Origin: Massalongia carnosa
Lineage: Eukaryota
Direction of reading: 5' to 3'
Length of the DNA: 64,000 nt
Assembly: GCA_965645245.1 (NCBI GenBank)
Contig: OZ287080.1
Span: 1,302,001-1,366,000, forward strand
In this document: piece after piece, positions 11,761-23,774 of the stretch
How the letters are laid out: every line of letters begins with the position of its first letter
Numbering within the stretch: position 1 is the first letter of the stretch
The notes under the pieces: model-generated
What the model was told of the DNA's origin: nothing
Database searches by the model: none
Seen by the model: the letters and a program-made list of their open reading frames with translations, nothing else
Program-made: the position numbers and the translations under genes

Positions 11761-13263
11761 TTATCGTAAAAGCACCACAGCTGGAAACACCATACTTTCA
11801 ATGACCCCTGCTGTAAGGGACTCCATCCGCACTAAAGACGGGAAAAGCGCCACATGGACGCGTTCGTCCCTTTTCACGTTGCCGTACTCGGTGATCATTC
11901 CGTCGGGATCGAAAGGTTCATCCGTGCACGGCAGCCGAAACGCATATTCATCACCTTGCAGCGAGACATGGGCTTGCAGGTTGAGGGCCGTCGTGAATAC
12001 TTTACAGAGATCCTCATACCACTTTAGGAGGCTCATCGGGCTTGTGAGCCCAATGTTGGACAATATAAAAGGTTTTAGAGCTTCGACAAGTCGACGCGAA
12101 AGTTCCAGGGCGAACAGCTTGAAATCGATATCTTGTTCGGTATCAAGCTTATTGCATTCACGAAGCGTTTTTTCGTGAACTTTGGGGTGCACTATTTAGA
12201 GCAAGCAGAGGCTTCTTTATCGGCCTTCTTAGGATACAAGGTTACTGCGTGTACTTACACTTAGCAAAGATCTCTCCATAGCTTGCTTGGGAGTTTGAAT
12301 TTTGTAAGCCCTCCAAGGGCAGCCGCTCATTTCTTCGTTCAAAGACCCATTCAGCGACCGCAGCAGCCGTCAACGCACGGAAGAGACCTATTAAAGAAAG
12401 TGGCGACTGGGGTTGAATAAGTGCAAACTTCTTTCGCAGCTCATCTCTTGTGTTAACGTTGTATACACGCTTACAAACGTTAAAGAATGATAAAGAGCGA
12501 AGTGATACATAGATCTGAGGGTCAATCAGGTCGTCTGTTTTGGTTAATTTAAGCAAGTCGCAAACTGCCGATTGAATTTGACGAATCATGTGCCCCTTCA
12601 AGTGATCCAGATTATTTTGGCTTGGTGATAATCCATCAGGATCAGCCGGGAGAAACTCGTGGATAGTAGTATTGCGCTGAAAGTGATTGGAATCCAAGCT
12701 AAAACTGCCAGCAGTTGAACTTTCCCGCACACCATTACCTTGGAGGTTGATTCTAGGGGAAGGATGACTGCTCAACGAACTCGAAGTCGGATGTTGCCGA
12801 TACTCTCTTGACATCGAGCAAGGGGCACGATCATCCTCCAATCTTCATTCACCGTTAGTGGGTCAAGCCGACCTTATACACGTTCGCGTGGGTAATTTAC
12901 CTATCATCAGCTATCGAGGAGTCATGTCCTGAAGTCTCATCTAGCGATGACTCTATCGGGACTGGAGCTTCGTGCGAACGCTTATAAGCAGCGGAATTCC
13001 TAAGGAATCGTTCTAGTAAGCTTATTCTCCTTTGAAAGTTAAAGATATCTTGATAAATCCCTAACTCATTCGCATCGGGAGAAAATTCCCTCAAGAGCTC
13101 ACGAATAGCCTCGTGATAAGGAGATTTTTTTCTCGATCATATATAGTCCTTGTTCCCATTGGGTGTTATCAAGTTGATCTAGAACGGCCTTTATCATAAA
13201 AGGGCTCCACACGAATACCTACAACTTGACGCTGGGAGCGAGCGTGTTACTCATTGAAACCAT
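11761..13263 (-). CDS. Multi-exon hypothetical protein with a GrpE-like C-terminal beta domain; 5' end uncertain or disrupted
   Basis: Introns 12900..12843 and 12258..12192 join three ORF pieces in frame. The C-terminus reads DEPFDPDGM...VHVALFPSLVR...MVFPAVVLL. The GrpE resemblance is inference. Confidence 0.6.
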
Positions 13264-13777
13264 GTCAAGACGCGTGTTATTCTCACTAGAGCATAGATGA
13301 ATAACAACTTGAATAGCAAAATTTAGTCTGATGTGTAGAATCCAAAGCTTCGTGTCGCGGCGTAGAAGTAACACGGTGAGTATGCCATGTACTTGGCCTG
13401 TTAATGAACCACCGTCGGCGTGAAAATTCAAAAAAAAAACAACTGCATCAAAAGATTTTGCTGATTGTTGCGTTCTAGAAAACCAAGATTTCAAATCACG
13501 CGTACATGATCCGCTAAGGGCAATCAGCGATCGACGTGAAAGACCCCTGGGCAACAATGCCTTAAGGCACAGTCGGAGAGTCTGTGTCTGCGTACATACT
13601 CACTGTGATCCTTGCTCTGTGTCATAGTGGCGTTTGCAATCTAGTCCTTGACCAATCACAAACCCTGTACTCATCTTCAACTCGCACAAGAGTAAATACT
13701 TCTTGGCTTCGCGTATATTGAATCAAGCCTGTTAAGTTGATTTCAATAAATGCGTTTCTTTTCAAACGCTCAGATTT

Positions 13778-16610
13778 ATGATCTATTGTCCTCCTCTGCT
13801 AGAATACAAGCACCATAACTTTGAACGCCGAGACCAAGATGAAACTGAAGATATGGATAGATTTTGAACGAGTTACCCAGCTATTGCACTTGCTCGTTAC
13901 CAGTAAAGGACCCGTGAGCCGGCAAACGAGGCTGCGGTAGAATAATTCTTGATAACGAGGCCTCAGGCTATATGCTTTGGGTCAACGGACAAGTAGGTCC
14001 GAGCCTAGAACGCATGGCACCAGGGTGATCAAGGCTATGTTTGAGGAAACGAGGTTAATGATAAGATTGAGAATGGAGAAGTCTCCGAGAACGACCGAAT
14101 CATCATACTAAAATTCGGTCACGACAATACTCCGGAAACACAAGAGATTGGAGTCAGGCAGAAGGAACATCTTCGAAGAATACCAGCAAATCCAACAATT
14201 AAGGACGTGATTCGAGAATATTTGCAGCCACTTTATTGCTCTGCCAGAGAGAAAACCATGAATATCAGGGGCAAAGGTACTTTAGATCATGACCATGATC
14301 ACGTTGAGTGCGTCCTCTGTGTTCTAGCTCTTTGGACTCCAGAGGTCAATCAAACCATGGTATTTGTTTCCGAAGAAGTAGGCTTACCCCATTGCATTCT
14401 CGTTTCTGAACCAGAGGCTGCAGCAGCCCTGATGAAGCATGAACACTAAGAACAAAGGCCAGCGTCAGCGACATACATGGATGAATAGATAGAGTCATTG
14501 ATAATATACGTGAGTTAGTAGGACCGTGATTTATAGTTAGTAGAGACACGATAGAAGCTAATCTTAGAAGTTTCATGAACACAATCTTATAGCAGATATT
14601 GGACGAGGAACAGGTGTAAGTTACGTTGTGAATGCAAACGTAGGGTACATTACGAAAGCTAATGAAGAGATTTAGGATTTCATCACGTATATGGTTGAAA
14701 CGCGTTCTCCAACACTTCAAATGCGAGAAGGTATTCGTGGGACATATTTTGTGTTGTGAGCTAGATGTCATAGCAGCACACTAAGTATCGGGGGAGGACT
14801 TTGCGGATCTGACTTGCTCAATACGTGTTTTCAGGAATTCTTCAAATCGTGCATTGGAACGGACACAAAGCGTTTCTTGGAATCTGGAATGCCCCGCAAG
14901 GAGCAGAAAGCTGAGGAGTTCATTGATAATGAGGTAGAGAACTTCGAGCACAAGAAAAATAGCTTCAACAGCTTTCCAAGAAAAGCCTGAGAGAAAGAAA
15001 TCTGTATTTATGTCAAGAGGATACTTGTATATCCTATGAACGGTATAAACCCAACCTGATAGTGATCCTGTGTAATATAATTACCTTAAGCTTACTCTAC
15101 CAATGACTGACTGACAGATAACAGGAACTCCGTTCGGAAATTTTTCTCGAAATACTCTACCCTATAGTCAATATGATTAAGCAATAAGTGGAGGCCTTCA
15201 ACAAGAAAACCGAATACTCAGGAAAGAGAACAAAAGTATTCATTCCGAGTAAGGTCTCATATTCGATCCGAGTTAACTGGCAAAGAGCATTGTATATATA
15301 GGCGGGCTTGTGGCAGTCCACATGTCCTATACGTCTTGAGAGAGATATTTTCCGACGGAGCACGTCCGGCCATGAGTTATGTGATTGAGATCATTACTCC
15401 CGATGTAAACTCGTTAGTATTGTATACTGCTACTATAAACAAACTGATACCTTGAAATAGCCACAGTGATAGCAAGGGAGCATTCTTAAGTGTCATTAAC
15501 AAAGGTGCCGTTGCTGTGAGATATCTTTGTCAAATATTTGGACTCACCTAGGACGAGACATATGATCCTTCCATTCATGGCCTAGGAAAAGAACCCAAAA
15601 AGGGACCCATTCGACGGTACTTTTATCATTGAAAGTTGTATACATTGGCTATGATGATGATGTATTCATACTCCGATATGTCACCGGCCGTAGGCCAGCC
15701 CATGCGGGCAGTATACATTGGCTATATAAAATAGTAAGTGTACTAAAGCCTTGCAACTGTGAAAACTTGGCTTGGCCTAGTTCTGACCTAGACTACTCAG
15801 AGGACGAGGCTGTTGAGCAAGGCGAAGCTCGACAACTGCACTGCTGAAGATGCTGCGAGCTCAAAGGTCTTATAATCTTGATGGAGGTTCTCTATATTTC
15901 CAGTCAAGAGAAACGGAGTCATTTTCAGGTCGATAGTCCAGAGAATGGTATGAGTAGAATTGTTACTTCTGGCTTTACTAACGAAGTAATGAGCGAGGCA
16001 TCAAGCCAATAGGATGTATCGAGACCGACAGCCTTTCTAATACCGACCAGAAGCTATTTCTTCTCAAATAAAGTCCAGTCAATAGAAGATACTATTACAG
16101 GCTGGATTATGAAGTGTCCATATCGTTCACCCTCTATTGACCTATGAAATCATCATTGCACAGCATGGTGAATTTTTGAATCTGATCTCACGGGGCCCGG
16201 ATCCAATTCGCAAGCTGGCAGTACTTAATTGCGCCGCTGCTTTCGAAACCAGAGGCCAGGAAACATACCAAACGCCTGCGCCGGAAATATTACCATCAAA
16301 ATCTCCGACAACAGCTGAACCTCGTAGGCGCATAGGTGGCACACCTACGTTAGACACAAACTTACCCACGTCAGCTGGTTGTCTCGATGAGACCCGAACT
16401 CAGGACACGTCGGAGGCCAATCATACTCAATTGCAGAGCTCCAAGAGTCGTCGCCAACAGCTTGCCAAACGGGGTGTCAGGCCCTTACGCCTAAAAGTCA
16501 CCAGTCTTGGGCGAATGTACCAAAGGTGCCGGTGGCACGATGATGAGACTAAGCGGAAGTCCATCTACGGGGAGCTAACATTGTCCCACATGCCGAGCAA
16601 TACGTCGTAA
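13778..16610 (+). pseudogene. Decayed non-canonical Hsp70 (HSPA12-like / actin-like ATPase) gene
   Basis: Motifs in the correct order across frameshifts and stops: IDF(G)TSYPAIALA (~13857), CVLCVLALW and LVSEPEAAA (~14310-14425), DIGRGT (~14595), GGLCGSDLLN (~14793), KGAV (~15502), YDPSIH (~15561), AAAF (~16231). Boundaries approximate. Confidence 0.75.
15653..15710 (-). mobile_element. 58-bp 5'-truncated LINE insertion with 15-bp TSD
   Basis: Near-identical to the 3' end of the LINE at 37685-37750, including the (CAT)n tail; flanked by GTATACATTGGCTAT at 15638-15652 and 15711-15725. Confidence 0.92.
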
Positions 16611-17820
16611 GAACTTTGATGTAAGTTAGATGAAGACGAAGCGAACGCCGAAGCAGAGGAGAAAAGGAGCAATCAAGCTCATTGGTGTTCTTTGATCGTG
16701 TTTCTTGTGCTCTATACCGAGTACTCAAGATGGTGTTTCGTTGAGAGTGACACAGAAAGTGAGGTTACACCAACCTTGCGATGGGGTTCATTTACTGAGA
16801 TTGACACTAAATCCACCATTACAAACTAGTACGGAAACTAGTACTAAACTCATCTACCTAGTGTATTGAACATCGAAAATATGTCTTGCTGCTTGTAAAT
16901 AAATAATTTATCGTATTAAAACTAAAATAGCGATTTATGTTTACTTGAAATTTAACATCATTCTATATCATTTTGTTCTAATGCAATCGTTATCATGATG
17001 CATTAATAGATAACAAAACTTTGCTAATCAACGTCAAGGCAGAGAGTAGCTTCTACCGTAGTACGGAGTAGGTTATCTACCAGGACTGCCGCGTGTTGTT
17101 CCCGATGGTATCCATTGCTAGTAAGGTACGTACAAGGATTGTTACTGTGTTATAGCTTCGTTTTCTTCGTCCAATCATATTAAGTGCAGATTTTTCATGT
17201 ACTGTTGTACCACTGTACTTACAGCTAAATCGCTAGATTGGTTGTAACTATGGAGTACCCTAACCCGAAAATTATAGGACCATAAGTTTTTTTCGCTCAT
17301 GATTTCAAACATTTAATACAGCCTTTTGTATGCTCTTACAGCTCATTATTATACAGTAGTGCTATAAAAGCCACGTATTTCGCACTAAAAGATGTGTACA
17401 TACTTAATATACCCATGTGTAGTAGCCTCGTGCTTGTGGCGAGGCGGTCGCAACATCTCGCTAATTCCGCCTCTTCCCCACCCGCCCTACTTTGACGCCA
17501 GTTCTGCGGCCAATGAAACGATTCATTCCTCGAACGGTTCTTGAGCGACTGTCTAAAGGCCGAGACGAGGGTCTCATGCTCTCTCCATGCATGGGGTGCC
17601 GCAGAACTGCAGCAACGATCAGGAATCCAGGCGTATTCGAATTCCGAACCTGCAGCCTGGAGATTTAATACACTATGCTAAGCGGCTTTCAATGCCCGGG
17701 GAGGAATGTTGGTGGGTGGGCTTAAGTCCATTCCTTGTCGGAGATGCACCACTTAAGAGAGCTTCCCTGGTCTTCTCTTCTTGACTCGATCAGAAAAGTG
17801 CTGTTGTACTGAACGCGAAC

Positions 17821-19791
17821 ATGATGATCGGAATTTTTACTCTCACACTCCTAGTGGCATGGACGGCACGGTCTTCTGACGCTGCCGCAATCAGCTGTAA
17901 ATGCGTGAGTATGCTGGCTCGAATGTTCAGAAGTCCCTCTATGTGCCTCCAGAAGCATGCTGACAAGAACACCTAGGGTCCTGAAGACTCATGTTGGCCA
18001 TCGACCGCTGAATGGAACGCCTTGAACACATCCGTGTCAGGGAAACTAATAGCCGACGTCCAACCTGCAGCTCCATGTTACCCGGGCCCGCTGCAAAATG
18101 CAAAAGCATGCGCACTCCTCAACGTGCAACTAACGAACGAAGACTTTATCGCAAACACAGCGATAGGCCTTTCTTATCCCACCGGTTCATGCCCACCAGT
18201 TAATTTGGCTGCAGGCCAAAAACCTGGTACATGTTCAATTGGAGATCAGCCAAGATACACCGTGAACGCTACGGAGCCGGAGGATGTGGCCAAAGGGATT
18301 TTGTTCGCGGAAAAACACAATATTCGATTAGTGGTCAGGAATACTGGACATGATATATTGGGAAGGTGTGGAGTTCGTACTTACAGATTATGTATGTTTG
18401 TGCTTACATCCATCCAGATCCACCGGATACGGGAGTTTGCAAGTGTGGATCAAATACATCAGGAAAGGCGTGATTTTCCACGACAAATACCAACCCTCCA
18501 GCAGGTGCACTCAATCGACCTGGACCGGCAGCGCCTTCACAATCGGCGGCGGCTATGTCTGGAGTGATGTTTACCAAGAGGCTGCGAAGAGAAATGTCGT
18601 CGTAGTTGGCGGGGGAACTCCAGTAGGTCTTGCCAAACACGAATCTTGCCCGGATGTAGTGAATCATATCTAATTCGCCCTTCCCTACTATAGTCCGTAG
18701 GCTGCCTTGGAGGCTGGATGCAAGGTGGGGGGCACGGCCCGGCGGTCCACGACCATGGTCTTGGCGCCGATCAAGTCCTCGAAGCTTGCGTTGTGCTGGC
18801 GGATGGCCAAACTGTCACAGCCTCTCCATGCGAGAATCCGGACCTCTTCTTCGCCATCCGTGGCGGCGGTCCCAGTACCTACGGCGTCGTTGTCTCCACC
18901 GTCATCAAAGCTTATCCCACCACCAAAGTTGCAGCACAACAACTGTCCTTTGCGCCTCTTTCTCCCACGACCGACCTACCCGCATTCTTCGACGCCCTCG
19001 CCCTTATCTACGCTTCTTATCCGGACCTATCTGACGCCGGCTGGTCGGGATACGGTTCGTGGGCGACGTCCCCTGTGCCCATAGTGCCGAATCACTCCAT
19101 CGGCTTCACGCATACAATCGCCATCTTCAGCAAATCCGCCGCCGAGGCCCAAAACTCCTTCGCCCCTGTGGCCGCCAAGCTCGCGGCCTTTAAGAAAGTT
19201 CTCTCCATCAATACGACCTACTCCGCCTTCCCCACCTACGTCGCTTACTATAACGCTCTCTCGGGCATTGTCAGCCCAGTTGGCCAAGCTTCCGCCCTGG
19301 GCTCCCGCCTCCTCGACCGCAAAGCTCTAACGGCCGACCCGGCCGCACTGAAAAAGGCCCTTGTCGCTACTGCCGGCACGCCGGAGCAGTTCACGAGCAG
19401 CTACATTGTCTTTGTCGGCGGCGGTCAGGTCTTCGCCGACGCTAAAGACCCTCATTCGGGCGTTAACCCGGCCTGGCGCAAAGCATACGTGCACAACATC
19501 GTCGCGCGAGGCTGGGCGCCCGGCAGCGATGCCGCCACCATTGCCGCCGTGCATAAAGATATCACTTATACGAAAGTACAGGCGCTGAAGACGCTCGCGC
19601 CGGACACGGGCGCATACATGAACGAGGCGGACGTAGAGGATCCGGACTTCTTGTCAGATTTCTACGGCCAGCATCTTTCAGAGCTGCAGGGCATCAAGCG
19701 GCAGTACGATCCGAATCGCGTCTTCTATTGCCCAACGTGCGTAGGTAGCGACGATTGGAAGGTGGGGTCGAGTGGGAAGTTGTGCAGGTAA
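17821..19791 (+). CDS. Secreted FAD-linked oxidoreductase (berberine-bridge-enzyme-like, FAD_binding_4 + BBE), 4 exons
   Basis: Signal-peptide-like N-terminus; introns 17905-17976, 18366-18417 and 18623-18693; motifs RNTGHD, GGWMQGGGHG, AIRGGG, GAYMNEAD, KRQYDPNRVFYCPTCVGS. Confidence 0.92.
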
Positions 19792-19945
19792 CTGGTTTGG
19801 GAGAAGTGGAATTAAGCACCGAGCGGGGGGAATAGCCGCGCGGTCAGGACCGGAATTACATAGTACTGGTTGGAGTGCTCCAGCCCTTTTTAGGCTGCAT
19901 GCTCCCCTGGGCAGTACAGTGCGGTCTCGCACAAGCCTTCATCTA

Positions 19946-21284
19946 CAGTACTAGGTCAAAAGTTTCCGATAGCCCCACCATCAACTTTTACCCCCCCACT
20001 GCTTTGAATTATCAACTATCAAGTTGTTATTTTGATGTCTTGAAACTTCGTACGACGATTACATACATTATAGCAAGCACATTGGGCTGAGAAATATATT
20101 TCTAATATTTCGTATACCATCCTTTTGACTGGATGCAAGCTTCAATCCTCCTTTCCATGCTGTCTACTAAACTCTTCAGCATTTCCTCATCTATCAAGGC
20201 CCATGCTTCTTCCAAAGCTTTCCAAAGTAGCTCGCGGACCCTATCATCACTACCAGTCACTGAGTCGATGTCCGGATTGACCTGGTAGACGAGCTTCTTG
20301 AGCGCGTACCAAACGTGCTCGATGGGATTCAAATTAGGGGAATAAGGGGGCCAATCGATGACTGTTATACCGTTTTCATCGAACCATTTCTTCACCTTTT
20401 TGGCAGTGTGAATGGGGACCTTATCCTGCATGAAAATGAGACCTGGTTCCCAAATTCCAAGCAGATTATCGTTCAATAATTCCAAATATGAATTCGCGGA
20501 GTACCCCATCTTCTTTGCCTCGAAATCGCAGGCCAATTTGTAAAGATCCGACCTCCCCCCCACCCCCAAAAAGCCCCCCATACCATGACCTTGACCTCTT
20601 GTCCTTTGCCGTACGGTTGTATCTTAGGTTTTTTCCATTTTTCGTCCGGAAACCTGAACACCCATTGACGCTGTTTTCCCGACCCCTTTTCCACCGAGCA
20701 CTCGTCTGACCATATTATTTTTGACCACTGCTCAAAAGTCCACTCACGCCGAAGCAAGCACTAGTCTAGTCTCTTCTTTGCCACCTCAGGCGTCAATAAA
20801 GGTCGCTTTTTTGCCAGCCAGTTTGTTAGACCATAGTCTTTGAGCGTCCGATAGAGAGTGGATCGACTACATTGCACCTCAACCTCCGTACGCAGCTGCG
20901 CGTAGGTGATGCGTGGATTGATTCGTGCAAGTTTGATGATACGTCTTCGATCGCGGTTCGAAAATATTCCAGGCCGACCCGATCGCGATTTGGACTTTTC
21001 GTTGTTGCGTTCTGGGTGCTTTTGAAGAGTGTAAATGACGGTAGTTCGAGGCACATTTAATGTCTTTGCAATTTCGGCCGGTGCATGCCTCAATGCCTGG
21101 GTTCCAATAATCATACCTCTTTGACATTGATTCAATTCGGTATTACGAGGCTTATTACCAGAAATTGAAGTCAACGGAGTGCGTGGCATGGTGAAATGAT
21201 GAGGTCAAAGTTGATGGGTTGGTAGGTTAAAATGCGAAATCACGAAGATCGCGGGTAGAGTCGGAAACTTTTGACACGGGACTG
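19946..21284 (-). mobile_element. Tc1-like (DD34E) transposon, defective, TA TSD
   Basis: TA|CAGT.....GTCAAAAGTTTCCGA TIRs at both ends. The transposase at 21189..20102 (HTH, WSDEC, FMQD, PPYSPNLNPIEH) has a stop at 20761 and a frameshift in a poly-G run near 20575. Confidence 0.92.
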
Positions 21285-22854
21285 TAGGCACTTGAGTAGT
21301 TGATTTCTCTCTCCATCACAAATAATCAACCACATCCACTGCCTCTGCTTCGTTCGTAACCGCGCTTTACATCTCATTTTCATGCTCCTCCGCCTGACTA
21401 TTGCAGTGAATGAGTAAGAAAATCACTTCCTAAAGTTACCTCCGGTTCAACGATGATATGATGACGAGGAGGAGGATAATAATAAACCACCTAATCTCCC
21501 AAAACCCCCCCACTTTTCCTATCTAGTTCCCAACCTCTCCCCACCCCCTCTACTCTTTTCTTCCTCCCTTCCCCTCAACGTTTTCCTATCGTCTTTCCTT
21601 CTCCACTCACTTCTGTATCTCCAACCATTGTTTGCTATGGTTCGTTTATTTTCCTTTTCAAATCTGTCCCTAACTCAGCCACCAATCTAGATAACCCTGC
21701 CTGCCTATCTGCGTGGTTTTTTCTTCTTCTTTCTTGTTCTCTCTCGTTAGGGGGTTGGGTTGGATGGGGATCTTGGTTTCAGTCTGCCTTTTCTCCTTCT
21801 GTCTGTCTGTTTCTTTCTTCCCCACCTCTCCTTTCTTCTCCTTTCCCTTCTTCTCTTCAGAAATTCACCTGAGAAAATTTCTCTATATATACTCATGCAA
21901 CCCCCCCCCAAACCACATCATCTCACTCAGCAGATCTCGCTCAATGCTAATGTATCTTCTATTCCCGCTTTCTCCTTCTCTTCTTCTGCCGCAATATCTT
22001 TCTTAACACCCCCCCCCCTGGATTTCTCATCGTTAGCGTTATACAAGCAACAAGCACTCTCTCAGAGCCCGGTTGGGCACTTCCCTACCCTGCACTGTAG
22101 TCGCCAAAGATATTCACGAACATGACCGGTGAATCTAGTGTAAAGAAGAGGAAGAAGAAGTTAATTAAATAAAATGAATGCGTCCCGGACACTACCCAAA
22201 CCCTGAAGCCCCCCCCCATACAAATCAATCAATTGAAATGAGCTTCGTTTTAACCTCCCGCCGTTCTCTAAATACATACATATATAGCCAGTATTCGGAA
22301 CAAGTTCAGGAAACTATCTCATCCCACCAATTATTTGGTTGGTTGGTTTGGGTGGGGGGAGGGGGGGTTATAAAGCAAGCCGGTAACTAGGTATTCGTCG
22401 TGGCAGACCTAGAAGGGTTGATGAGAAGAGGAGAGGAGGTATTGAGTTGACTTTTTACCCCCGTGGGCGCATGCTGTTTTTCTTATCCGGATGCGTGGAT
22501 ATATGGAAGTCCCAGGGGGTTGGGGAAGTGGATTGCATTAGGGGAATCTAGTGGGTGAGTGGGTGAATGGGTGCGTGCGTTCTTGTGAGTAGGAATGAAA
22601 TGGAAATAAGATGGGAGATGCGGCATACGAATAGGATATAACTTACATTTAAGCATAACCTACATTTTATGTTATGTATGTACACAACAAGTGGCCCAGA
22701 CACGCCAAAATAATAAGAAAATTTCCCAATCCCTTGCCCAACCCTAAGGGCTTGGGTGAGTAATCAACCCACCAAGGCCACCGAGCAAAAAAATAGGCAA
22801 GCAAGTTAAAGCTTTAAACCAAAGGTATATAACTCCCCACCGCTATGTAACTTA

Positions 22855-23355
22855 GGATCTGTTCCGTAACATTAAGACTGCTCCTTTTTGCACCCCTGAA
22901 TAAGCTGGTGTCCGTGCGTTTATAGCGTCTTATTCGCGGCTACAATAAGAAGCTATTGACAAGTAAGTACGGAGTAAACTCGTCGTATATTCTTTGCCTC
23001 TATTCGACTCATGCTGAGTAGTCAGAATTAGATTGGGAACAATTCTCATCAAGATTAAATTGATAACCGTCGCTATTTGCGATCGTCGCTGCAAGTAGTG
23101 TTCCATATTTAAAAGACATACAATCGTCGAATACAGAGAGGCAAATAGAACCCTCCTTAATAAAAAAAGGACCTCGCGACCACCTTCTTTTGACCCCCTG
23201 CAACAATCCCTGCAGACCCTTTGCAATATACCAATTATAGAACTTGCCGCGAAGGAGACTCCTTAAAAAATAAGGAGGAGGCCGAACCGAACGGAAGGCC
23301 TTTTTCATTATAAGGAGGTTCCATCTTTTCAAGAAGGAGGTTACCGAACGGGGCC
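22855..23355. mobile_element. Non-autonomous PIF/Harbinger-type (Tourist-like) MITE, copy 1
   Basis: Imperfect 16-bp TIRs GGATCTGTTCCGTAAC / GTTACCGAACGGGGCC with a TTA TSD; homologous to 44573-45069. Confidence 0.8.
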
Positions 23356-23421
23356 TTAACTAAAATACCTCCATGAGTGACCTGGGTAGAAGCATGGCTG
23401 CTCTACATCCATCGTGTGCGC

Positions 23422-23449
23422 TATGTATGTATGTATGTATGTATGTATG
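23422..23449. repeat. (TATG)7 microsatellite
   Basis: Direct reading. Confidence 0.9.
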
Positions 23450-23774
23450 AATGATGAGTATGATTGGGGTTAGCCCTATCTATTCCACCGAAAGGATCGA
23501 GTAAGAGGTTGGTTCATCATAACTAAGCCGTCAGATAGAAATCGAAAAGCAGGTTCTTCCGTGCTTGCTTGCTTCGGCGTGTTTCCCGGTTTGGAGGGGG
23601 GGGTATAAATGCTTTAGAAAGTTGCCTCTAACCTGAGTCTTCTCCCGTCTATTTTTTGGTCATGCTGTTCATGCTAATATAAAAAGCGTTCGATGCTCCG
23701 TCGGAAAACGAAGACCGCATCTGAAACCCCCAAGGCTGGGTGGATATAATTCGTGTATATGCAGTGGAAGATCT

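Noticed and set aside
21300..22700. ORFs or ncRNA host gene in purine/pyrimidine-skewed low-complexity DNA (also 5300-6250 and 49700-50800)
   Set aside because: The ORFs are low-complexity artefacts. I found no convincing C/D box pairs, tRNA cloverleaf, 5S rRNA or telomerase template by eye; a covariance-model search would be needed to exclude them.
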